Source: Verrucomicrobiia bacterium (GTDB lineage Bacteria > Acidobacteriota > Terriglobia > Terriglobales > Acidobacteriaceae). From it: a DNA stretch of 64,000 bases. How positions within the stretch are numbered: the first letter of the stretch is position 1; each line of letters starts with the position of its first letter. A model generated the notes under the pieces. The model saw only the letters and a program-made list of their open reading frames with translations. It had not been told where the DNA came from and made no database searches. The DNA lies in assembly GCA_035508215.1 (NCBI GenBank), contig DATJNK010000012.1:32007-96006 (forward strand), written 5' to 3'. This document shows positions 44,896 to 55,700 of the stretch, piece by piece. The position numbers were made by a program, and so were the translations under genes.

Positions 44896-47055
44896 TTACT
44901 TCTGGGCTATGAACGTCGCTTGCGGAGCGCCGATCTGCGCCTTGATGCTCTGCACACTCTGACGCGTCTCGCGCAACTCGGACCTCAAACTGCGAATGGC
45001 AGCCGCCTGCGCCCGCAACATGGCATTCTGCTGCCGAATCTGTTGTTGTTGCTCTTTGGTAGCTTCGATCAGCAGGGCCGTGAGCCGCGAGTAGTCGACG
45101 CTGCGCGCGTCTTTGCCGTTGGCTTCGTACGTGACCAGTTCCGGTACGATCCCCCCGACTTCTTCGGCAATCACGCCGACTTCATGCTTTCCCGAGTCTT
45201 TCATGTCGTAGGTGACGCCGCGCAGTCGTTCCACCTTGCCTAGCGCATTGTGCAGCGTGTGGATGTTGGTCTTCCAGCGGCGGGAGCTGTAGGTTTCCCA
45301 GCTGTCGCTGACGGGATGCCCAGCGCCTTGCGCGATGGTGAGGATCGCGGTGGGAGTTTCGGTTCCGATGCCGACTTTGACGGCATATTGCCCCGTGCCG
45401 CCCAAAATCAGCGAATTGCTGGCCCCAACGCGCGCATGCGCGCCGATGGCCGTGGCGTTAGAAAGGCTGTCGGAAGCGACGGCACAGTTGAATCCGACGC
45501 ACGTGAGAAGGTTGCCGGTGGTGTTAGTAGAGAGCGAGTCCTGGCCAACTGCCGTGTTGTAGCTGCCGGTCGTGTTGGTATAGAGCGATTCGGTGCCAAC
45601 GCTCGTATTTTGTGCACCCACGGTGTTGGCGGCGAGGGCGTAAATGCCGACACCTACGTTGCTGTATCCCGTGTTATTTACGGAGAGCGAAAACGCGCCG
45701 TCGGCGGTGTTAAAGCTCCCTACGGTGTCTGCCGACAGGGCGAGATAGCCACTGGCGGTATTCCAACTCCCAGTGGTGAAGGCAACGAGCGAAGAAACGC
45801 CAGTTGCCGTGTTATTCGTTCCCATGCCGGCTGTGCTCCCGCCAAAGCCAAGGAATGCGTTGGCGTTTGAGTAGTCACCGAACGCGAACAGATTGCTCCC
45901 GATCTGGAAGCTGCTGCCGGTCACAGCTCCCGTCGCGTTCAGATTCCCGTTCACCGTCTGATTCCCCGTGAATGTGTTCACTGCATTCAGCTGGGGCACT
46001 CTGGTGGTGTCGAGATTCAGGGTGACGACGCCGCTGGTGCCTCCGCCGGTCAAGTCCGTTCCCGCCGCCACCTTCGTGATTGTTCCGGGGAACGACTGAC
46101 CGCCGGCGAACGTAATCTGCCCCTTGTTGTTGATCCTGAGGCCAGTTTCCGCCGCCGCTGCGGGAGCGACCGCAAACAGCAGGTTCAGCGTTGCCGAAGG
46201 CGAAGGCGTATTGTTCGCTACTGGCTCTGCTTGCCAGTGGAACACTTGGTTCACTGCCGCCTTACTGTTGCTGTTGAAGGCCGATGCTACCAATCCCAGG
46301 GGCCGCGAGTTGGCGCCGGCTGCCGCCGTCGCGTTTGATGCCGCCGGCAAATTCAGCAGACCGCGCACCGTCGCTCCGCCGGTCACGTCGAGCGTGGCGG
46401 CTGGAGTTGTATTTCCGATTCCAATTTTCGCTGAGCTGCCGCTGCCCGACTGGAACAGCACCGAACTGCCTAGAGTGCTCGCACTCGTCCACAGCGGTAA
46501 ATAATCAGTCGTTCCGGTTCCGGACAGAGACGGCGATAGTGTCCCCGCCGATTCCGCCGGAGTGGCGGAGTTCACTGCGGCTGTTGCCGGCGCCGCCAGC
46601 ATGAAAGCGGAGGCCGGCAGCCCTCCGACCGTCTCGGCATCCGCCGCCTTCAGCGCGTAGGGCACGCTCAACAACAACACGCGCGCCTGCTCCTCTCCGC
46701 CGTTGACCCTCACGCCCAGCCAGCGCGCTTCTCCGGAAGTGAACAACTCCAGCGGCAATCCCTCGGTCTGGGTTGCACCGAGTTGGGCGGTGTAATTGCC
46801 TTTTGCGTCGACGTTGACGTTCTGGGTTTCGAGCCAAAGCGGAGATCCGCCAGTCTGCACGCTGTAGATAGCGAACGTGACTCCGGCGACACCAAAATAG
46901 CCTCGCCCGTCGGCCGCGACGGCCTTCCCCGAGAAATTCACCAGCCTTGGTACCACCGCCGAGGAAGCGCCCACAACGGCTGCCTGTTGCGCCCTCAGCC
47001 AGGAAACCAGCAGAAACAACGCGGCCAATCCGATCAGCGCATTGCGGCGTTTCAT
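44896..47055 (-). CDS. secreted tail-fibre-like repeat protein with C-terminal S74 intramolecular-chaperone (endosialidase chaperone) domain
   Basis: Signal peptide MKRRNALIGLAALFLLVSWLRAQQ. The central part has degenerate repeats rich in N/T/G/S (NTATG..., NTASG..., NTADG..., NTSVG..., NTAVG...). The C-terminus SSRRWKTNI......L.G.TYDMK...GKHEVGVIAEEV..IVPELV is typical of Peptidase_S74, followed by a Q-rich coiled coil. Start set at ATG 47055. Confidence 0.7.
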   Translation of the reverse strand: MKRRNALIGLAALFLLVSWLRAQQAAVVGASSAVVPRLVNFSGKAVAADGRGYFGVAGVTFAIYSVQTGGSPLWLETQNVNVDAKGNYTAQLGATQTEGLPLELFTSGEARWLGVRVNGGEEQARVLLLSVPYALKAADAETVGGLPASAFMLAAPATAAVNSATPAESAGTLSPSLSGTGTTDYLPLWTSASTLGSSVLFQSGSGSSAKIGIGNTTPAATLDVTGGATVRGLLNLPAASNATAAAGANSRPLGLVASAFNSNSKAAVNQVFHWQAEPVANNTPSPSATLNLLFAVAPAAAAETGLRINNKGQITFAGGQSFPGTITKVAAGTDLTGGGTSGVVTLNLDTTRVPQLNAVNTFTGNQTVNGNLNATGAVTGSSFQIGSNLFAFGDYSNANAFLGFGGSTAGMGTNNTATGVSSLVAFTTGSWNTASGYLALSADTVGSFNTADGAFSLSVNNTGYSNVGVGIYALAANTVGAQNTSVGTESLYTNTTGSYNTAVGQDSLSTNTTGNLLTCVGFNCAVASDSLSNATAIGAHARVGASNSLILGGTGQYAVKVGIGTETPTAILTIAQGAGHPVSDSWETYSSRRWKTNIHTLHNALGKVERLRGVTYDMKDSGKHEVGVIAEEVGGIVPELVTYEANGKDARSVDYSRLTALLIEATKEQQQQIRQQNAMLRAQAAAIRSLRSELRETRQSVQSIKAQIGAPQATFIAQK

Positions 47056-47260
47056 AGGTTTGCACATCCCCCTTTGTCTATTTGGTGATCGACCGCTTGG
47101 CAGGACAAGGCCTGTCTTACCCAGATAAGACAATCCAGGCAAAAACCTTTCAGTTCTCCAATCAGGATTTTCGGGAAGCAGAAACGGACAGAATCGTGGA
47201 CTCTGACGGAAGCCGATTGCGAGCGAATGCCTACCCTTTGGCCGAACTGAGGCCTATGCT

Positions 47261-49093
47261 CTAGGCCAAGCGCAGGTACGTCATGTAGGGCTGGTCTCCT
47301 AAGGTCGTCCAAGTCACCATTTTCATGGGGGAGTTCGGCGTGAGCACGTGCCACAAGCCCTGTGCCATCTTTTTGGCGGCTAACAATTGCTCTCGCGTCA
47401 CGGCTGGCTGCGATTCTCCGATCGAAAACAAGACCAGGGGCCCGACCAGGAGAGCCACCGTATCCGCGTGCTGAGGATCCACCGGCTCCAGGCGCGTCGC
47501 CATCGGCAACTCCAGATCGATGCGGTCACCGTTCTTCCATTCGCGCTCGATCCGGGCAAAAGCTCCTGCCGCCGCGGTTTCCCGCTTGCCGTTCACCGCG
47601 AACGACACATTGTCTGCCCACGCTGGAATCCGCAGGTTAACGGCAAACTTCGCTGCCTTCGCCGCCCTTACCTCAAGTCGTATGGAAGACTCGTACGGAT
47701 ACTCGGTCTTCTGCGTCAGCGCGACCGGTGCTCCATCCTGTGTCCATCGGACGCTCGAGGGAATGTAGAGATTCACGTAAACGTCGCGTCCGTCGCGGAA
47801 ATACGTGCTGGTCCGATAGTCCGCCACGACCTGCGGCATGGTTCCCGAGCAACAGGGCCACCGGTGCGGCGAATAAAGTTTCTGTCCTTTGAAGTTGTAG
47901 TCGGAGTAATAGAACGTTCGCCCGTCCGGCTCGAGCGGCTTCGCTCCAAGAATCGTGTTGTACATGACTCGTTCCATGCTGTCGCCGTAGCGTGGATCGC
48001 GCGTCACTCGCAGCAAGTAGCGCGTCAGTTTGAAATGCGCATACGATCCGCAAGGCGTCTCGAAGCCGCTGTGAGTCTTGCTCAGGCTGTCATAAACGTC
48101 AGGGCTGCCGGTGGCGCGCAATTGCTCATCCGGGCCCCAGCCCCCGGTCGCGAAACTCTGCGCCTGAACCATGTCGAATCCGTTCTTCGCCGCCCGCAGA
48201 TGTTTCTCGCTGCCCAGGGTCAGGTAAGCCTGCATCGCCGAGCAGAGGCAATTGACATGGCTGTAGGCATGCCGCCCCGCCAGGTCGTTCTGTCCGGACG
48301 CCAGGCGGTCGTAGAACTGGTCATGAAGATATTGAACCGCCAGCTCGCGATATCGTTCTCCCGCTCCGCGCTGATAGGCCAGGAACAGGTTCTCGGGCAT
48401 CGTGTACGATTCGTCCCAGCTCCATGAGACATCTTTTCCCGGACGCCAGTTGGTTCCGTGCTCGACTGCATGCGGAGGCAGATGCGGCAATGCCGTGTCC
48501 GTGGTTTTCTTCAGGATCGCCCACGCCTGCGGATCTCCCACGAACTTCTGCGAATCGATCAGGCCGCACACTAGTTTGTCGTAACAATAAGCAGGGAATC
48601 GATTGTTCTGGAAAAACGGTGCATCGATCGCCTCGGCATACAGCCGGTTGAGCCGCAGTACTTTCTCTCGCGTCGCCGGCGATCCGTCGATCGCATACGA
48701 TCTAGCCAGTGCGGAAACCCATTGCCCGAAGGTCGCCGCTGGGGCAAAGCCGACATCGAATGTGTGCCAGTCATAGTTCGGGACGTACTCATACCACCCG
48801 CCCAAATCCTCGCCGGGCGCGGCTTTCCCGCTCATCGCGCGGAACGGCTTCATGAGGCTGTCTTCGTTGAGGCCCATCAGCACCGCATGAGTTTCCCGCA
48901 ATTGCTGCTCGTGCCGTTCGCTTTCGAGCGAGACGTCTCCGTAGCCGAACTCTTCCAGTGGAGTGGGACGCGTGGGCTGTGCGCGAAAGGCAGTTCGGAG
49001 CCCCGCGGATCGCGAAGACAACAATCCTGCGGCTGAGGCCAGGGCGCTCGATTGAAGGAAGGTTCTGCGGGAAACTGCGCGCAAACGGGACAT
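47261..49093 (-). CDS. glycoside hydrolase family 127-like (beta-L-arabinofuranosidase, DUF1680) with Tat signal
   Basis: Twin-arginine leader SRRTFLQSSALASAAGLL. About 610 aa with the Cys-containing WPCCSGTMPQ motif typical of GH127/146 enzymes. GGAGGA RBS before ATG 49093. Confidence 0.78.
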   Translation of the reverse strand: MSRLRAVSRRTFLQSSALASAAGLLSSRSAGLRTAFRAQPTRPTPLEEFGYGDVSLESERHEQQLRETHAVLMGLNEDSLMKPFRAMSGKAAPGEDLGGWYEYVPNYDWHTFDVGFAPAATFGQWVSALARSYAIDGSPATREKVLRLNRLYAEAIDAPFFQNNRFPAYCYDKLVCGLIDSQKFVGDPQAWAILKKTTDTALPHLPPHAVEHGTNWRPGKDVSWSWDESYTMPENLFLAYQRGAGERYRELAVQYLHDQFYDRLASGQNDLAGRHAYSHVNCLCSAMQAYLTLGSEKHLRAAKNGFDMVQAQSFATGGWGPDEQLRATGSPDVYDSLSKTHSGFETPCGSYAHFKLTRYLLRVTRDPRYGDSMERVMYNTILGAKPLEPDGRTFYYSDYNFKGQKLYSPHRWPCCSGTMPQVVADYRTSTYFRDGRDVYVNLYIPSSVRWTQDGAPVALTQKTEYPYESSIRLEVRAAKAAKFAVNLRIPAWADNVSFAVNGKRETAAAGAFARIEREWKNGDRIDLELPMATRLEPVDPQHADTVALLVGPLVLFSIGESQPAVTREQLLAAKKMAQGLWHVLTPNSPMKMVTWTTLGDQPYMTYLRLA

Positions 49094-49155
49094 GGCTCCT
49101 CCGTAGCGGTGGCGCTCCACGCTCGATCGGCGAAGTCAGTGCCCGGAGACAACCT

Positions 49156-49617
49156 CTAGCGCAGGTTTTCCCCTTCCTTGTACATGTACTTGATTGCGGG
49201 CTTGTAGATCATCAGGTTCGGCTCGCCGGAGTCGCGGTTCACTTTGATGCAATTGCGATCATACCACTCGATGACACCGTGTATTTCCTGACCGTCGCGC
49301 AGTACGATCACCATGGGCGTCCGGGCCTGCATCTGTTTTTGATAGTAGAAATTCTCGGCGTTCGTCTGCTCGGGAGGCGCCGGCTTTTTACCGCTGCTGC
49401 CCAGTCGTTCGCCGCGATCTGATCTCTCTCCTCGATCCCCACGCTCTCCGCGGTCGTGCCGCTCCGAACGTTCGCGCCTCTCCTGCATCGGCGCAGGAGC
49501 AGAGTTATGATTGCCATGATTCTCGCGCGGCAAAGTCGGCCGGATGAGCTTGCGGTTCGCGAAGTGTTCTTTGTCGGAAACCTCGCCCGCTGAAACAGGA
49601 TCCATAATATCCTTCAT
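49156..49617 (-). CDS. Hfq-like Sm-fold protein with long N-terminal Arg/Glu/Asp-rich extension
   Basis: The C-terminal about 60 aa resemble Hfq Sm1/Sm2: [25 protein letters not shown] and [12 protein letters not shown], against the YKHAI consensus. The N-terminal about 90 aa include [26 protein letters not shown]. Confidence 0.6.
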   Translation of the reverse strand: MKDIMDPVSAGEVSDKEHFANRKLIRPTLPRENHGNHNSAPAPMQERRERSERHDRGERGDRGERSDRGERLGSSGKKPAPPEQTNAENFYYQKQMQARTPMVIVLRDGQEIHGVIEWYDRNCIKVNRDSGEPNLMIYKPAIKYMYKEGENLR

Positions 49618-49834
49618 AAGTGGCGCACCTCACTGCACGCATTCGTATTCAGGAGTCGGGGAGCCAGGGAATTATCGACGAAGGCGTGAAATTTTACTTA
49701 CCGTACCACAGGAAACCGCCCGTGACAATGTTTTCGTGACAGCCGGCCCGAGCCCGCCCGACGCTGGATTCTCCCCCTAGAATATCGTTTCGGCCGCGAT
49801 TCCGCCTCATGTTTTTGCCGCGACCCGCGCTCTG

Positions 49835-51061
49835 CTAGCGCGTGTTCGAGAGATCCGCTCCTCGACGCTCCTTCCCGCTCCAGGTCACGATCGCGACCAG
49901 ACCAGCAACCAGCAGCACCGTCCACGCGAGCACAGGACTGAAGCTGCCTCCATATCGCCGCTCCGCCAGCCTCGACTGAAGCACCGCATTCCATGACGCG
50001 AGCAGGTTTCCTAGTTGATAGGCAAATCCGGGGAACGTTCCTCGCACTCCGGGTGGCGACAGTTCGTTCAGGTGTGCCGGGATGACGCCCCAAGCGCCTT
50101 GCACCATGAACTGCATGAGACATCCGCCCAGAGCCAGCATCGGAACGGTATGCGAATACGCCCACAGAGGGATCACCGGAATCGCCAGCAGGGCCGCGAT
50201 CACAATCGCCTTCCGCCGTCCGATCCGCTCCGACCAGGTGCCAAACAGAATGCCGCCGAGCAGCGCGCCGATGTTGTACACCACCGCGATGAGTCCCACC
50301 GTCTGCGGTGTGAAGTGCAGGTTCTTCTGAAGAAACGTCGGATACAGATCCTGCGTGCCGTGACTGAACGAATTGAACGCGAACATCAACACGACGAGAA
50401 AAAGGAAGTTCCCGGCATGCGACAGGATGTCCTCGCCCAGCCCCCTATTCTCTTTGGTGACCTGTCCTTGCGCCCAGGCCGGCGACTCCTCCACTTTGCT
50501 GAGAATGTACAAGACCACGGCCGCGGGCAGCGCCCCAATCACGAACATGCCGCGCCATCCGATGACCGGGAAGAGCGTCGCGTACACCAGGGACGCGATC
50601 AGGTAGCCCACGACGTATCCCTCTTGCAGCAGCCCGGAGAAAAAGCCACGCCCTTCCGCCGGCAGCGTTTCGAAAGCCAGTGCCGCACCAACGCCCCACT
50701 CGCCTCCCATGCCAATTCCAAATAAGGCCCGCACGATGAGAAATACTTTTAGTGTCGGGGCAAAGGCTGAGGCCACTTCGAAAAGCGTATAGACGACGAT
50801 GTTGACGATCAGCGTCGGACGCCTGCCGAACTTGTCGGCCATCAGCCCGAACAGAAACGCTCCCACCGGTCGCATAGCCAGCGTGAGAAAGATGGCCTCG
50901 CTGACGTAAGAAACCTGCACCCGGAATTGCGTAGCCAGCGCGCTCACGCAGAAGATCAGAATGAAAAAATCAAACGCATCGAGCGACCATCCCAGGAAGC
51001 AGGCGACAAACGTGTTGCGTTGCACCGGTGTTAGCCGACGAAAATGTCCCAGGAATTCCAT
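49835..51061 (-). CDS. MFS transporter
   Basis: 408 aa, about 12 TM segments. MFS motif A GLMADKFGRRP lies between TM2 and TM3. Confidence 0.85.
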   Translation of the reverse strand: MEFLGHFRRLTPVQRNTFVACFLGWSLDAFDFFILIFCVSALATQFRVQVSYVSEAIFLTLAMRPVGAFLFGLMADKFGRRPTLIVNIVVYTLFEVASAFAPTLKVFLIVRALFGIGMGGEWGVGAALAFETLPAEGRGFFSGLLQEGYVVGYLIASLVYATLFPVIGWRGMFVIGALPAAVVLYILSKVEESPAWAQGQVTKENRGLGEDILSHAGNFLFLVVLMFAFNSFSHGTQDLYPTFLQKNLHFTPQTVGLIAVVYNIGALLGGILFGTWSERIGRRKAIVIAALLAIPVIPLWAYSHTVPMLALGGCLMQFMVQGAWGVIPAHLNELSPPGVRGTFPGFAYQLGNLLASWNAVLQSRLAERRYGGSFSPVLAWTVLLVAGLVAIVTWSGKERRGADLSNTR

Positions 51062-51167
51062 AGAGAGAGCGAACTCTCCTCGACGCGACAGCGGATGCTA
51101 GCATAAGCTTTCATTGAATCTGAAATCGGACTTCTGCTTTCGGACCTCTAACTTCGGAACCTCTTCC

Positions 51168-52283
51168 ATGCCCGAACTCGACCTTCCACAGCGCCAAACC
51201 ACCGATACCCTGATGCTCACCAGCTTCTGGTATCGCGCGCTGCCCGCCGATCGCGTCCGTCGCAATCAGTTGCGCAAAGCTACGCTGCTGGAAGTTCCTC
51301 TGGTGATCGGACGGGATCGGGTCGGGCAGCCCTTTGCTCTGCGCGACGCCTGCCCGCATCGCGGCATGCCCCTGAATGGCGGCAAGTTTGACGGCGAGAA
51401 TCTCGAGTGTCCGTACCACGGCTGGCAGTTCGATGCGCACAACGGCCAATGCCAGCTCATCCCCTCGCTCACCTCAGACCAGACGATGAAAGTGGATCGC
51501 ATCTACGCCGGGAGCTATCCCTGCGAAGAGCAGGATGGCTTCATCTGGGTCTTCATCCCCGATCCGAGCCCGCAGGGCGCTGGGTTCACCAAGCCGGAGG
51601 AAGCCTGCGAGCCCGCGCCCGCGATCCAGAAATTCAGTCCGAAGTACAAGCTGGCTTACCTGCAAGCCGAAATGCCGGTGTCGATCGATCACGGCATCAT
51701 TGGCCTCATGGATCCCGCTCACGGGCCCTTCGTGCATCAAGCCTGGTGGTGGCGCACCCGCCACAGCATTCACGAGAAGAAGAAGAATTTCGAGCCGATT
51801 CCCAACGGCTTTCGCATGAGCGCCCACACGCCCAGCTCAAACTCCGCGCCCTACAAGCTTCTTCGCCTCTATGCCGACGCGGAGTCGATCACCACCACCA
51901 TCGATTTCGTTCTGCCCAACATTCGCACCGAGACCATTCGCGCCGGCAAGTATTGGTTCTCCAGTTTGACGACGGTTACGCCGATCACGCGCAGCCAGTG
52001 CCGCATCGATGTCGTCGCCGCCTGGAATCTGTTTCGCTGGATTCCCTTCGGCCCCGATCTGCTGAAATTTGTCTTTGCGAAATTCGTGGAGCAGGACCGC
52101 CGCACCATGGAGATGCAGGCCGAAGGCCTCAAGCACAACCCGCACCTCATGCTGATCGACGATGCCGACCGCCCGGCGAAGTGGTATTTCCAGTTGAAGG
52201 CTGCCCACCTTGAATCCAAACGCACCGGCACAACGATGACGCACCCCATGGCCGGGCCAGTCACTTTGAAATGGAGAAGTTGA
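51168..52283 (+). CDS. Rieske [2Fe-2S] non-heme-iron oxygenase (PaO/Tic55-like)
   Basis: Rieske CPHRGMPL...CPYHGWQF. Mononuclear iron motif MDPAHGPFVH (D-x2-H-x4-H). Start set at ATG 51168. Confidence 0.8.
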   Translation: MPELDLPQRQTTDTLMLTSFWYRALPADRVRRNQLRKATLLEVPLVIGRDRVGQPFALRDACPHRGMPLNGGKFDGENLECPYHGWQFDAHNGQCQLIPSLTSDQTMKVDRIYAGSYPCEEQDGFIWVFIPDPSPQGAGFTKPEEACEPAPAIQKFSPKYKLAYLQAEMPVSIDHGIIGLMDPAHGPFVHQAWWWRTRHSIHEKKKNFEPIPNGFRMSAHTPSSNSAPYKLLRLYADAESITTTIDFVLPNIRTETIRAGKYWFSSLTTVTPITRSQCRIDVVAAWNLFRWIPFGPDLLKFVFAKFVEQDRRTMEMQAEGLKHNPHLMLIDDADRPAKWYFQLKAAHLESKRTGTTMTHPMAGPVTLKWRS

Positions 52284-52392
52284 TACGTCTCGCTGGCGCT
52301 AGTGAAGTCGAGCTCCGCGCCGAAATCTCGAGTGCAGCTCGCGGAGAATCTGCTATCAGAAAAGAGCGTTTGAATCTGCCTGCGCCGGAGGC

Positions 52393-52761
52393 TTAGTCCA
52401 CTACCAGCCAGTCCATCGCCTCTTCCCGCGTCTTGAACGTCGGGAACTCGCGCTGCGAAAAGCTCTTGAAGTTTTCGTAGAAGACGTGAGGCAGGTTTTC
52501 GGTCCCCACCCAAGCCGATTTCTTCACAAAGGGACGGTCCAGCACCAGCACTTCCTTGATCCGCGTGGCCACCTTCTTGTCGATTTCCGCGCCTTCGAAA
52601 TCCGCGAGCGTCAGCACTGATCCGGGCGCGTGCCGTGCAATGTCGGCCCGCACTTGATCGAGCAGCAGCAGCATTTCCTTCGCCGGGCAGTGGCTGAAAT
52701 CGATGAGAAAAATAGCCTGCTCTTTGTGCTTGACGAACTTCAGCCGATCTTCTGCATTCAT
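52393..52761 (-). CDS. hypothetical small protein (possibly STAS/SpoIIAA-like)
   Basis: 122 aa ORF whose ATG overlaps the alaS stop by 4 nt (ATGA), so it is probably co-translated. I see no recognisable catalytic motif. The STAS-like call is only an impression from its size and alternating beta/alpha-like pattern. Confidence 0.5.
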   Translation of the reverse strand: MNAEDRLKFVKHKEQAIFLIDFSHCPAKEMLLLLDQVRADIARHAPGSVLTLADFEGAEIDKKVATRIKEVLVLDRPFVKKSAWVGTENLPHVFYENFKSFSQREFPTFKTREEAMDWLVVD

Positions 52762-55700
52762 GCGAGCAGGCCTTCCACCACGCTATAGGCCGCATCCAGC
52801 GCGGCATCCAGCGCGCCCGCGTCTTTTCCGCCCGCCTCCGCCAGATCCGGACGCCCGCCTCCCTTGCCCCCCACTTTCTCCGCCACTTTGCCCACGACTT
52901 TGCCGGCCTGCACGCGCGTGGTCAAATCTTTTGTGACGCCCACAATCAGCGCCACGTTCCCGTCCGTCGCCGATCCCAGCACCACCACGCCCGACCCGAT
53001 TTTGTCGCGCAGCTGATCGACCAGCGTCCGCATCTGCGCCCTCTCCAGATTGTCCACGCGATGCGCCAGCACCTTCACACCTTTCACTTCCCTGATCTTC
53101 TCCCCGATGTTGGCCGTCGACGACGTCGCCGACTTCATCCGCGCCTGATCCAGTTCCCGCGTCAGCCGCTTGATCTCCGCATCTTTCTTTTCGAGTTCGG
53201 CCTTCAACGCCTCCGCCGGAGAAAAGCCCTCTCCGTCGGAATCCGCACTGGACGTGGTTGCCCCACCCTGAACCGCGCCGTTTGCGGTTAGGGTGGGCCG
53301 GGCAAGCGCGGGCGATACGAATGCCGACACCACGTTTTCCAGCTGATGATCTCTCCGGAAATGCTGCACCGATCCTTCGCCCGTGATCGCCTCGACCCTC
53401 CGCACGCCCGAAGAAACGCTGCCTTCTTTCAGAATCTTGATCAGCCCGATCTCGCCGGTGGCGCGGGTATGCGTGCCGCCGCACAACTCCGTCGAAAAAT
53501 CGCCAATCCGGATCACCCGCACGCGATCGCCATACTTTTCCCCAAACAGCGCCATCGCGTGATATTCATTCACCGCCACATCGATCGGGACACTTTCGAT
53601 CACTTCCACTTTCTGGTTGCGCAGCACTTCCTTGTTGATGATGTCCTCAATATCCTGCAGTTCTTCATCCTCGACCGCCGCGAAGTGCGAAAAATCAAAG
53701 CGCAGATGGTTCGGAGCGACCAGCGATCCCGCCTGCTTCACATGCTTGCCCAGCACTTCGCGCAAGCCCGCATGCAGCAGATGCGTCGCCGTATGATTCC
53801 GCATCGTCGCTTCACGGATGTCGGTGTTCACGACGGCATCAACCTTGTCGCCAATACGAATCGGATGCTTGACGAACACGAGATGCGCGCGCACACCTTG
53901 AATCGGGTAGTAACAGCCTTTGACATCCGACATAACATAAGGCGCGTCGCTGAACCCAAGATATTCAACACGGATATCCGAGCCCGCACTTGGGAGATGT
54001 CTGCCGGTTTGCACGAGCCAACCCTGATCCCCGACTTGCCCGCCGGACTCGGCATAGAACGGCGTGTGATCGAGAATGACCTCGCCTTCTTCGCCCGCCT
54101 TCAACTCGCGCACACCCTGGCCGTTGCGGATAATCGCCAGTACCTCGCAGCCATCCGAGCGCGTCTGTTTGTAGCCCTCGAACTGCGATTTTGGCAACTG
54201 CTGATACGCCGGGTTCGCCGTCTGCTTCGCCGCGCCTTTCCAGGACGCGCGAGCACGAGCCTTCTGCTCGGCCATCGCGCGATCGAAGCCTTCTTGATCG
54301 AACGCGATCCCCTGATCCCGAGCGGCATCCTGCATGAAGTCCAACGGCATGCCGAAAGTGTCGTAGAGCTTAAAGGCGTCCTCGCCACTTAACGTTGGAT
54401 GCTTCATGAGATCCTGCGCAACGATGTACGTCATTGCGGGGCCGGCGAGTTCGGAGCCGAAGAGCTCCTGCAGTGCTTGCTGTAGCTCCGGCTCGGGAGT
54501 GTTGGCTAGATTTTTCTCAGCACTCAAGAAGCTCAATTTAGTGTGCAGGCTAGTTGCCGCGCCACCGAGCCCTTTTTCAACAAAATATTCCACAAATCGA
54601 GGGGAGCGTCGTTTTACGTCGCCCAGCGACTCTTCGAGCTTTGCAAATCCAACATCCATAGTCTGCGCAAAACGCTTTTCCTCCTCGTGTAGGACCTTTT
54701 GAACCCTTTCCTCGCTGTGCAGCAGTTCCGGATAGGGGCGATGCTGCGCAGGTTGGGTCATCAATCTCACAACCTCCGGAACCATATGGTAGAAGAACAA
54801 TTCTCGCTGCCCGAGCAGCCGTCCGTGCGTGATCGCGCGACGGATGATCTTCCGCAGAACGTATCCGCGGCCTTCATTTGATGGCAGTACCCCATCCGAA
54901 ATTAGAAAAGTCGCCGCCCGGGAATGGTCGGCGATCACGCGCAACGACGCTGCCGACTTCGTATGCTCTTCCTTTTTCAGCTCTTTCTTGAGGGATGTAC
55001 CCGTCAGCTCCGCCGCCCGTTTAATCAGCGGCGTAAACAAGTCCGTCTCATAATTCGAGATCACTCCTTGCAGAACTGCCGCCACGCGCTCCAGGCCCAT
55101 CCCCGTATCGATCGACGGCTTGGGAAGCGGCGTCAGCTTGCCCGAAGCATCCCGGTCAAACTGCATGAAGACCAGATTCCAGAGCTCCACATAGCGCCCA
55201 CAGTCGCAGCCGAAGGCGCAATCCGTGTGCCCCTGGTCGGAAGCCGCCGGTCCCATGTCGTAATGAATTTCGCTGCACGGCCCGCACGGACCGGTATCGC
55301 CCATCTGCCAGAAGTTGTCCTTCAGGCCGAACTCGAAGATGCGGTTCTTCGGCACTCCCTGGCCGAGCCACAGCTCATCTGCTTCCGCGTCGCGCGGCAC
55401 GCCGCCTTCACCGTTAAAGATCGTCACGTACAGCTTGTCTTTCGGAATTCCAAACCATTCGGGCGAGGTGATCAGCTCCCATGCGTAGGCGATCGCGTCT
55501 TTCTTGAAATAATCTCCAAACGAAAAATTCCCCAGCATTTCGAAGAAGGTGTGATGGCGATTGGTGAACCCGACATTCTCCAGATCGTTGTGCTTGCCGC
55601 CGGCGCGCACGCACTTCTGCGAGGTCGTGGCCCGCGAATAGCCGCGCGTCTCGAGGCCGAGAAAGACGTCCTTGAACTGATTCATCCCGGCGTTGGTGAA

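Noticed and set aside
44896-49120. Prophage remnant suggested by the tail-fibre/S74 gene.
   Set aside because: No integrase, terminase, capsid, baseplate or att-like repeats are nearby. The flanking genes are dcd and a Tat-exported GH127 glycosidase.
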